Below are positions 24,904-32,000 of a stretch of DNA of 32,000 nucleotides, piece by piece. The position numbers and the translations under genes are program-made. The notes under the pieces were generated by a model that was not told the DNA's origin, ran no database searches, and was given only the letters and a program-made list of their open reading frames with translations. Source of the DNA: Halomicrobium mukohataei DSM 12286 (GTDB lineage: Archaea; Halobacteriota; Halobacteria; Halobacteriales; Haloarculaceae); assembly GCF_000023965.1 (NCBI RefSeq), contig NC_013202.1:180001-212000 (forward strand), read 5' to 3'. The stretch's first letter is position 1; each line of letters opens with the position of its first letter.

Positions 24904-25962
24904 ATGGACGACTCGACACTCTCCGAACGGTTAATGCAACTTGGACTGTCCGAAAAGGAAGTAGACACCTATCTCACGGTGCTCGAACAGGGGGAGCTGA
25001 CGGCAAGCGAGATATCCGACGTGACAGGCGTCTCGAAACGGTACGTGTACAGCATCAGCGAGTCCCTCGAAGAGCGTGGCTTCGTCGACGTCGACGACCA
25101 CGTCGTCCCGACGAAAGTCCGTGCTCGCAATCCCAGCGAGGTCATCGAGCTCCTCACCGACGAACTGACCGAGATGGAGCCTGCGCTCTCTGAGCGTCAC
25201 TCGCAGACGGAGCGCAATCTCCAGCGGTTCGACGTCCTTAAATCCCGGCAAACGATGATCAAGCGGATTCGATCGTACATCGCCGACGCCAGTAACGAGA
25301 TCACCCTCTCGATCTCGTACGAACAGCTCCCGGAGGTCGAAGACGAGCTTCGGGCCGCCGTCGATCGCGGGGTGCTCGCGATGGTACTGGTCACTGGCGT
25401 ACCGGCGAACTCACTCGAAGCAGCCGCGTTCGACGGGATCGCGACACTGGTCCGGACCTGGGATCAGATTACGCCCCTGACGTTGACTGTCGACCAACAG
25501 TACAGCGTCCTCGCGCCAGTCGACATGATGGTCCGTTCGAACTCCGAACTGCGTGCCATCTCGCTCGTACAGCGTCAGCTCGTCCCGATACTAACTGGCT
25601 CGTTTTTCGGCAACTACTGGCCGATCGCCGCCGAAGTGTATGTCGATGATCCGCGCTCTTTGCCGGCCGAATATGGGTGTTTCCGCCACGCCGTTCTGGA
25701 CGCGACGCTCCATCTCCGTGACGACCGTCCGATCAGCATCGACACTGCCGTCACACCCTGTCGAGACACGGAGGATCGACAGTCGATCGAGGGGACCGTG
25801 ATCGGCACACATCAGGGGCTCGTCGAACCGGCGACGAACGACTTCCCGGTCGAGAATTCGCTCGTCGTGAAAACGAACAACCGGCGCGTCACTGTCGGCG
25901 GTCCCGGTGCGATGCTCGAGGACTTCGAGGCGAAAGACACAGTGACGCTGACCGCAGACTGA
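24904..25962 (+). CDS. trmB: TrmB-family sugar-responsive transcriptional regulator
   Basis: N-terminal wHTH LMQLGLSEKEVDTYLTVLEQGELTASEISDVTGVSKRYVYSISESLEERGFV, plus a roughly 250-aa C-terminal effector-type domain. ATG at 24904. Confidence 0.88.
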   Translation: MDDSTLSERLMQLGLSEKEVDTYLTVLEQGELTASEISDVTGVSKRYVYSISESLEERGFVDVDDHVVPTKVRARNPSEVIELLTDELTEMEPALSERHSQTERNLQRFDVLKSRQTMIKRIRSYIADASNEITLSISYEQLPEVEDELRAAVDRGVLAMVLVTGVPANSLEAAAFDGIATLVRTWDQITPLTLTVDQQYSVLAPVDMMVRSNSELRAISLVQRQLVPILTGSFFGNYWPIAAEVYVDDPRSLPAEYGCFRHAVLDATLHLRDDRPISIDTAVTPCRDTEDRQSIEGTVIGTHQGLVEPATNDFPVENSLVVKTNNRRVTVGGPGAMLEDFEAKDTVTLTAD

Positions 25963-25983
25963 CTGTCGCCACACAGTCTGTTT
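25955..25983 (+). terminator. Short hairpin plus TTT overlapping the trmB stop
   Basis: cagactg (25955-25961) pairs with cagtctg (25974-25980) across a 12-nt loop, followed by ttt at 25981-25983. Confidence 0.3.
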
Positions 25984-26124
25984 CGAGAGAACGAACGCAT
26001 CCCCCGCCAGACAATACTTATGAAGTAATTATTCAAAACACTTTTTGAGGGACGCGGTACCACAACAGATGATGCGAACAGACGAACCAACGCGATCCAG
26101 CGCAGCAGAGAGAGTGTGGTGCAG

Positions 26125-27888
26125 ATGACGGTCTGTCGGGAGGCGATTACCCATCGGCCCAAGAGTAACTTCGCGTATGCAGTCGACGAGGAGACCATCC
26201 AGCTCCGTCTCCGGAGCAAACGCGGTGATCTCGACGACTGTCAGGTGCTCGTCGCCGACAAGTTCGACTGGCCGAACCGCGAGCGCCTCGATATGCAACT
26301 GGTCCGACGCGACGAACGGTTCGACTACTGGCAAGTGGAGGTCGAACCGGAACATCGACGGCTGTGCTACGCGTTCCTGCTCACGGCCGGAGACGAAACT
26401 CTCTGGTTCACTGAATGGGGGTTCGAGTCGGCCGACAAGAACGAACTACCGACCGCAGGGACGGACCGATCGCTCCACTACTTCGAGTATCCGTTTCTCC
26501 ACGCTGGCGACGTGATCGACCCGCCAGACTGGGTGTCAGATGCCGTCTTCTACCAGATATTTCCCGAGCGATTCGCGAATGGAGACCCGGAGATCGATCC
26601 CGATGGTGTCGAGGAATGGGGCGGCCGGCCGGCCCACGACTCATTTTTCGGCGGCGACCTGGAGGGTATCATCGACACTCTCGATTACCTCGCGGACCTG
26701 GGGATCACGGCGCTCTATCTGACACCGGTGTTTGAGTCCCTGTCGAACCACAAGTACAACACCGCCGACTACGAACAGATCGATCCACATTTCGGTGATA
26801 CGGAGACGCTCTCGCGACTCGTCGACGCCGCACACGACCGGGGTATTCGCGTGATGCTCGACGCAGTGTTCAACCACTGTGGCCGACAGTTCGAACCGTT
26901 TCAGGACGTCATCGAGCACGGCCGGGAGTCGGAGTACGTCGACTGGTTCCACATCCACGAGTTTCCGATCCAGTTCGAACCACGGCCGTCCTACGACACG
27001 TTCGGGTTCGAGAGCTATATGCCGAAGCTCAACACCGAGAACCCCGAGGTCCAGTCGTACCTGATCGACGTTGCGACGCACTGGATCGAAGAGACGGATA
27101 TCGACGGGTGGCGACTCGACGTTGCCGACGAGGTCGATCACCAGTTCTGGCGGGCGTTCCGGCAGGCTGTCAAGGACGTCAAACCCGACGCCTATATTCT
27201 CGGTGAGATCTGGCACGACTCTCGGCCGTGGCTCCGCGGTGATCAGTTCGACGCCGTGATGAACTACCCGTTCATGTACGCGGTCGACGGATTCCTGAGT
27301 GACGGATCACTCGACGCTGCGACGTTCGCAGACAAGAGCAACCGGTTTCTCGCCCGGTACCCCGACCAGATCAACGAAGTGCTGTTCAATCTGCTGGGGA
27401 GCCACGACACGGCCCGTCTCCGCTATCGGTACGACGGGGACGAGCACACCGTTCGACTCGCGCTGTTGCTCCTGTTGACGTTCCGCGGGACGCCCTGTCT
27501 CTACTACGGCGACGAGATCGGGATGACTGGTGGCGACGATCCGGACTGCCGGCGACCGATGATCTGGGACGAGGCCCGACAGGACCGAGAACTTCACCAG
27601 TACGTGTCTGATCTCATCGGTCTTCGGGCGGATCACCGGCCACTCCGTCGTGGTTCGCTCACTTTTTCACGAGACCGTTGCGGTGACGGTGTCGTCGTCT
27701 ACCGCCGGTCGGACGAGTCGTCAGACGACTCGCTTACCGTCGCGATCAACCGCGGCGACGCACCGATCTCAGTGCCAATAGCCGGAGACGGCGAGGCGGG
27801 GACGGTACTCTTCACCACCGATGGGGACGTGACGGTCGGAGAGAGCGAGATCGAACTCACCGGACAGTCTGGCGCAGTCTGGCGATAG
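26125..27888 (+). CDS. Cytoplasmic GH13 alpha-amylase-family enzyme of the cyclomaltodextrinase/neopullulanase/maltogenic amylase type
   Basis: No signal peptide. It has the N-terminal extra domain typical of CDases (ITHRPKSNFAYAVDEETIQLRLR). GH13 regions are DAVFNHCG, GWRLDVADEV, LGEIWHD and LLGSHDTAR. ATG at 26125. Confidence 0.9.
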   Translation: MTVCREAITHRPKSNFAYAVDEETIQLRLRSKRGDLDDCQVLVADKFDWPNRERLDMQLVRRDERFDYWQVEVEPEHRRLCYAFLLTAGDETLWFTEWGFESADKNELPTAGTDRSLHYFEYPFLHAGDVIDPPDWVSDAVFYQIFPERFANGDPEIDPDGVEEWGGRPAHDSFFGGDLEGIIDTLDYLADLGITALYLTPVFESLSNHKYNTADYEQIDPHFGDTETLSRLVDAAHDRGIRVMLDAVFNHCGRQFEPFQDVIEHGRESEYVDWFHIHEFPIQFEPRPSYDTFGFESYMPKLNTENPEVQSYLIDVATHWIEETDIDGWRLDVADEVDHQFWRAFRQAVKDVKPDAYILGEIWHDSRPWLRGDQFDAVMNYPFMYAVDGFLSDGSLDAATFADKSNRFLARYPDQINEVLFNLLGSHDTARLRYRYDGDEHTVRLALLLLLTFRGTPCLYYGDEIGMTGGDDPDCRRPMIWDEARQDRELHQYVSDLIGLRADHRPLRRGSLTFSRDRCGDGVVVYRRSDESSDDSLTVAINRGDAPISVPIAGDGEAGTVLFTTDGDVTVGESEIELTGQSGAVWR

Positions 27889-27968
27889 TTCGGTCTATCG
27901 GGATCTCCTCACTTACGATCCGTCAAAAATGGTGTCTCTTCCGGTGTCTCTGGTCGCCCTCGGTTGGT

Positions 27969-30248
27969 CTAGCTTTGCCAGTAGTAGAGCGGCGTATCTT
28001 CGGTCTCGGTCGAATCCGTGGGTGACGTGAAGGTCCGGTTGCTCCCGCTTTCCCAGGTCACGTTGTCGCTCTCGTCGATCTTGACGAATTTGAACTCGAA
28101 GGTCGTGTCCTTTGGCACGCTCACTGGGAGGAACCACTCCGGATAGTCCGGGTTCATGAAGGATTCGCTGCCCGACAGGGCATCCCAGCTACCCAGTTCC
28201 GGTGGATCACCGACGACGTGGATCGTCTCGCCGGGTTCGGTCTCGGCCTCGACGTGGAAGATCACCTGTACCGGCTCGTCCGTGAGGATGTCGTATTTCG
28301 CGGCGTTGCTCGTCTGGCCGTTCTTTTCGACGACCACGTCGACGAGTCCGGCGGGCCCATCGGGGACTGTCGCCGTCATACGGGTCGCGCTGTTGGACAC
28401 GACGTTCGCGGGCGTACCGCCGAACGTGACTGACACGTCGCCGTCGAGACCTGATCCGTAGATGTGGACGGAGTCGCCGGCCTGTCCCATCGTGCTGACC
28501 GTCGTTCCGATCTTCGGCGCATTCCCCAGGTCGGGGCTCGCTGTCCAGACGCTGACCTCTCCACCGCCCAACGTGAAGGAGTCCAGTGCACCGCTGTCGA
28601 CCGAGATGCCCTGTCCGTAGAGGTCCCCCGAGAGGTAGTCGCCGTAACTACCGTCCGGCAGGCTCGTACCGACCGACGGGACGCTCTCGGACTGGTCGGG
28701 CTGTCGATTGATCGCCGTCACGACCACGTGATCGTAGAAGGTCCGCTCGTAGACGATCACGTCGTCTGTCGAGTGGAGAATACTCGTCTGACCGTACGCG
28801 AGCGCGAGGTTGTCACGCCGGAGCTGTGCGAGGTCGCTGATCAACTGATAGGCCGTGGTCGACGTGTCGAAATCGCTGTCGGTTTGCATGAACAGCCGAC
28901 CTGCGTTCGCACCGCTCGATCCGGGATTCATGTACTGCTCGGTCCCGTAGTAGATCTTCGGCGTTCCGCGGCAGGTCATCAACGCGGCGATCGCCGCGTG
29001 GTACGGCTTGTCGTTTGGCTGGATGTACCGGAACCGAGTGAGGTCGTGATTGTCGACGGCAGTGATCGTCTGGTGTTCGTGCGTGTAGTCGCCGTGGGTC
29101 TTGATCAGCATGTCTCCGAAGTCGGACATCGTCTCGGAGAAGTCGCCGAACGCGTTCGTCGCCGCCCGGTTGAACTCGAAGTCGAGGTTGTTGATGCCGG
29201 TTCTGTCGGGAAACGTCCGGTACTCCTCGTATTTCGGGTCGGGTCGGCTGATGAAGAACTCCCCGAAGTGCGTGATCGGACCGCCTTGCGAACTGTCGGT
29301 CGCGGTCTTGAGGTTCTTTGCGAATGCCGGGTTCATGTGCAACGTTGCGTCGTGACGAATTCCGTCGATCCCTTTCGACTTCCAGAACTGCGTCGCTCGT
29401 TCGAGGTGGTCGACGACCCCCCCGTTTTCGTGTGCGAAGTCGGCCAGCGAGCCCAGTTCCTTGTGGCGATAGCCGAACTTCGACGAGTCCCCGTCACGGT
29501 CACCCAGTCCGTGGAACCAGCCGTTCACATCGTCGTGTGGATCTGCCAGCAAGTTCTCACCGACGGCGTCCCCGTTCTCGTCGAAGACGTAATTGCCGTC
29601 TGCATCCGTGTCCGGTTCGTAGAGTTCTCCTTCCTCGGGCTCGTTGTTCTTCGTCGGATTCCGCCAGCGGCTCGTGTGGTTCGAGACGAAGTCGATGACG
29701 AGTTTGATGCCGTTGTTGTGCAACGCGTCGCGCATCGCGTAGAAGTCCTGCATCCCGCCGAAAAACCGGTGGGTCCGGAAGTAGTTGCGCGCGTGGTAGC
29801 CGTGATAACTGGTCCAGACGTCGACCGTACCGTCGTCCTGGTAGTCTTCGATCTTGCTCTCTCGGTTGTCGTAGGGTGCGGAAATCCAGACCGCTGTCAC
29901 ACCCATCTCCTCGAGATACGGTATCTTGTCGATGATCCCCTGCCAGTCACCGCCCTGGTACAGCTTGAGGTCCTCTCCACTGCCGTCGTAGAGTGAGGAA
30001 TCGAAATCCTCGAAGTCGTTGTTGCTCGTGTCGCCGTCGTAGAATCGATCTGTCAGGATCTGATACACCGTATCACGTGGTGTGACCGGACCCAGACGGT
30101 TGTCTTCGGTAGCCAGTGTATGATATCCGTTGATCTCTGCCTCGACACTCCGGCTCATTCCGAAGGCCGCTGCAGCGGTCCCAAGCGTTTTCATCCAACT
30201 CCGCCGCGTTGTCGAACCCATGCTACTAGTCCTGTTGTTATCTTTCAT
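27969..30248 (-). CDS. Tat-secreted GH13 enzyme with a cyclodextrin glucanotransferase-like five-domain layout (catalytic A/B, C, IPT/TIG-like, CBM20)
   Basis: Tat signal TTRRSWMKTLGTAAAAF. VYQILTDRFYDGDTSNN, YQGGDWQGIIDKIPYLEEMGVTAVWIS and YHGYHARNYF are present. GH13 regions are VIDFVSNHTS, GIDGIRHDATLHM, FGEFFI and AVDNHDLTRF. The C-terminus ...IHVVGDPPELGSWD...FEFKFVKID...VTWESGSNRTF is a CBM20-type starch-binding domain. An alternative ATG lies at 30221. Confidence 0.88.
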   Translation of the reverse strand: MKDNNRTSSMGSTTRRSWMKTLGTAAAAFGMSRSVEAEINGYHTLATEDNRLGPVTPRDTVYQILTDRFYDGDTSNNDFEDFDSSLYDGSGEDLKLYQGGDWQGIIDKIPYLEEMGVTAVWISAPYDNRESKIEDYQDDGTVDVWTSYHGYHARNYFRTHRFFGGMQDFYAMRDALHNNGIKLVIDFVSNHTSRWRNPTKNNEPEEGELYEPDTDADGNYVFDENGDAVGENLLADPHDDVNGWFHGLGDRDGDSSKFGYRHKELGSLADFAHENGGVVDHLERATQFWKSKGIDGIRHDATLHMNPAFAKNLKTATDSSQGGPITHFGEFFISRPDPKYEEYRTFPDRTGINNLDFEFNRAATNAFGDFSETMSDFGDMLIKTHGDYTHEHQTITAVDNHDLTRFRYIQPNDKPYHAAIAALMTCRGTPKIYYGTEQYMNPGSSGANAGRLFMQTDSDFDTSTTAYQLISDLAQLRRDNLALAYGQTSILHSTDDVIVYERTFYDHVVVTAINRQPDQSESVPSVGTSLPDGSYGDYLSGDLYGQGISVDSGALDSFTLGGGEVSVWTASPDLGNAPKIGTTVSTMGQAGDSVHIYGSGLDGDVSVTFGGTPANVVSNSATRMTATVPDGPAGLVDVVVEKNGQTSNAAKYDILTDEPVQVIFHVEAETEPGETIHVVGDPPELGSWDALSGSESFMNPDYPEWFLPVSVPKDTTFEFKFVKIDESDNVTWESGSNRTFTSPTDSTETEDTPLYYWQS

Positions 30249-30269
30249 CGCAGCTATCTAATCGAGACG

Positions 30270-30291
30270 ATATGAAAAAAGTATTTTGTAT
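30270..30291 (-). promoter_or_regulatory. T-rich TATA-like element and shared 17-nt motif upstream of the CGTase-like gene
   Basis: The minus strand reads atacaaaatacTTTTTTcatat. The T-run is centred about 27-30 nt upstream of ATG 30248. Confidence 0.45.
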
Positions 30292-30541
30292 GGTTGTAGT
30301 ATATTTACAACATAGTTCGAGAGTGGTGGCACGATAGCTGTCGACCGTCATCACCGATGTTGAACGCGTCTCTGGCCGTTTATACCCTGTTCTCGATATT
30401 GACCCGGCAAAATCCGAAAACCGGCGTTGCTCGTCGAGTGATGGCCCCGCCCTTTGGGAGACAGATGGCAGTACGGTCTGGCCGATTGTCGTTGCTTTCA
30501 CTGCCCGGAGAACTATGTCTGTCCAGCCCGTTTCTCGATCC

Positions 30542-31243
30542 ATGCGAGTCCTCTGTGGCCGTGCCGTCGATCCCGACGCTGACATCGAGCGGACCCGGCG
30601 GTTGGCCGACGAGGTCGCCGACAGTCGCGTCCCCGCCCTGCGCGTCTGGCGGCCACACCGACAGGTCGCCTTCGGTCGCCGTGACGCCCGCGAGGACGGC
30701 TACGAGCGGGCCCGCGAGATTGCCACGAAACGTGGCTACGCCGTCCTCGAACGCGCGGTCGGCGGGCGAGCGGTCGCGTACACCGGTCGGACCGTCGCGG
30801 TCGCGCTCGCGGTGCCGACCGACGGCGGTCGCTCGGGTATCCAGCGTCGTTACGACGCCGCCAGCGACCGGTTCCGAGCGGCTCTCGACACGCTCGGCGT
30901 CGACGCCAGCGAGGGAGAGCCACCGGAATCGTTCTGCCCCGGCTCTCACTCCTTGCAAGCGGCGGGAAAGGTCGTCGGCATCGCCCAGCGAGTCCGCCAG
31001 CGCGTCGCCGTCGTCGCGGCGATCGTCATCGTGGCTGACCACGGCGAGGTCGCCGACGTGCTCGCGCCGATCTACGACGCGCTCGACGTGTCGTTCGATC
31101 CGGACAGCGTCGGCAGCGTCGCCCGTGCAGGCGGGCCGAGCGAGCCCGACAGGGTGATCGACGCCGTCGTCGAGACGTTCGCGGACGGCCACGACACCAC
31201 CGTCGAGCGCGTGGACTCGACGAGCGGACTCCGAGACACTTAG
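30542..31243 (+). CDS. Diverged lipoate-protein ligase family (BPL/LplA/LipB domain) protein
   Basis: MRVLCGRAVD...PALRVWRPHRQVAFGRRD...FCPGSHSLQAAGKVVGIAQRV gives the family fold and Lys context. The nucleotide-binding block reads ERAVGGRAVAY instead of RRxTGGGAxYHD. An alternative ATG lies at 30515. Confidence 0.75.
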   Translation: MRVLCGRAVDPDADIERTRRLADEVADSRVPALRVWRPHRQVAFGRRDAREDGYERAREIATKRGYAVLERAVGGRAVAYTGRTVAVALAVPTDGGRSGIQRRYDAASDRFRAALDTLGVDASEGEPPESFCPGSHSLQAAGKVVGIAQRVRQRVAVVAAIVIVADHGEVADVLAPIYDALDVSFDPDSVGSVARAGGPSEPDRVIDAVVETFADGHDTTVERVDSTSGLRDT

Positions 31244-31267
31244 GGACGGCCACAGCGGAGAGTGGGT

Positions 31268-32000
31268 ATGCTCATTCGGAACGCGACGCTCGCGGACGGA
31301 CGGACTCGGGACGTGCGCGTCCGCGGAGAGACGATCGACGCCGTGGACGAGGATCTCGACCCGGCGGACGAGGACACCGTCGACGCGGCAGACAGACTGC
31401 TCTTGCCCGGAGCGATCGACGCCCACGTCCACTTCCGCCAGCCCGGCTACGGCCACAAGGAGAGCTGGGCCAGCGGTTCGCGGTCGGCCGCGGCCGGCGG
31501 CGTCACGACCGTCGTCGACCAGCCCAACACCGACCCGCCGACGGTCGACGGGGCCGCCTTCGATCAGAAGGCCGAGCTGGCCGGCGAATCACTCGTCGAC
31601 TTCGGCATCAACGGCGGCGTCACGGGCGAGTGGGAGCCCGCGGAACTACTTGACCGGCCCCTGTTCGCACTCGGCGAGGTCTTCCTCGCGGACTCGACCG
31701 GCGACATGGGGATCGACGCCGACCTGTTCGAGGACGCACTGGTCGCGGCGGCCCAGCGGGACGTGACCGTCACCGTCCACGCCGAAGACGCCTCGCTGTT
31801 CAATCGGGCGGCGAGAGATCGCGACGACGCCGACGCCTGGAGCGCGTTCCGCACCGCCCGCGCGGAAGCCGCCGCCGTCGAGCGAGCCTGCGAGGTCGCG
31901 GCCGAACACGACGCCCGGATCCACATTGCACACACCTCCACACCCGAGGGGATCGACACCGCCAGCGACGCCGGGATGACGACCGAGGTCACGCCCCATC
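31268..32000 (+). CDS. pyrC: Dihydroorotase (amidohydrolase superfamily), 3'-truncated at the window edge
   Basis: Absent from the ORF track because no stop lies within the window. My own translation from ATG 31268 gives MLIRNATLADG...LLLPGAIDAHVHFRQPGYGHKESWASGSRSAAAGGVTTVVDQPNTDPP...VTVHAED...IHIAHTST, the classic DHOase blocks. Confidence 0.88.
   Translation, partial: MLIRNATLADGRTRDVRVRGETIDAVDEDLDPADEDTVDAADRLLLPGAIDAHVHFRQPGYGHKESWASGSRSAAAGGVTTVVDQPNTDPPTVDGAAFDQKAELAGESLVDFGINGGVTGEWEPAELLDRPLFALGEVFLADSTGDMGIDADLFEDALVAAAQRDVTVTVHAEDASLFNRAARDRDDADAWSAFRTARAEAAAVERACEVAAEHDARIHIAHTSTPEGIDTASDAGMTTEVTPH

Noticed and set aside
28464-29996. 510-aa plus-strand ORF
   Set aside because: It lies antisense to the CGTase-like GH13 gene, whose four GH13 regions and CBM20 are unambiguous.
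30357-31456. 266-aa plus-strand ORF (30357-31157) and 358-aa minus-strand ORF (30380-31456) over the lipoate-ligase paralog
   Set aside because: They are off-frame or antisense to a protein with clear BPL/LplA-family blocks, and are Ser/Pro/Arg-rich.
1-32000. Search by eye for CRISPR arrays, IS elements or transposases, integrases, tRNA/rRNA genes and recognisable defence or toxin-antitoxin genes
   Set aside because: I saw no regularly spaced repeats, transposase/integrase-like ORFs or RNA gene signatures. Absence is based on visual inspection only and should be confirmed with tRNAscan-SE, Infernal, ISfinder-type and CRISPR-finder-type tools.

Overview
GC-rich window with strong G/C at third codon positions, very acidic proteins, ATGA-type start/stop overlaps and TATA-like elements about 27 nt upstream of many ATGs. 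These traits fit a haloarchaeal (Halobacteria-type) chromosome with mostly leaderless transcripts. All calls come from reading the ORF translations and the DNA by eye; no searches were run. I support 30 protein-coding genes, two of them cut by the window edges, plus one probable gene remnant. I saw no rRNA, tRNA, CRISPR array, transposase or integrase. Left part (1-12.5 kb): a receiver/GAF histidine kinase, endonuclease IV, a lipoate-protein ligase, a stand-alone fused nuoCD gene, msrA with an overlapping hotdog thioesterase, a His-rich zinc-ribbon protein, a USP gene overlapping an APC permease fused to two USP domains, and RIO2 kinase. Middle (12.5-19.8 kb): a same-strand run of two tandem paralogous HExxH lipoproteins, a D-2-hydroxyacid dehydrogenase, SppA and a DUF4350-like membrane protein. 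An isochorismatase-family hydrolase and a cytoplasmic M23/LytM-like protein lie next to this run. Right part (20-30.2 kb): a starch/cyclodextrin utilisation locus with a sugar-binding protein, two permeases, a divergent ABC ATPase, a TrmB regulator, a cytoplasmic cyclomaltodextrinase-like GH13 and a Tat-secreted CGTase-like GH13 with CBM20. A diverged lipoate-ligase paralog and the 5' part of pyrC follow. Most interesting observations: (1) the orphan nuoCD, whose quinone-site tyrosine position reads Trp by my manual alignment; (2) the tandem uncharacterised zincin-like lipoproteins; (3) the cyclodextrin locus, including a 17-nt motif shared by two of its promoters; (4) three long imperfect palindromes in 3' intergenic spacers; (5) a decayed epimerase-like remnant and a 440-nt gene-free spacer. 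I found no obvious defence, toxin or mobile system; the candidate novelty is enzymatic or cell-surface rather than a canonical island.
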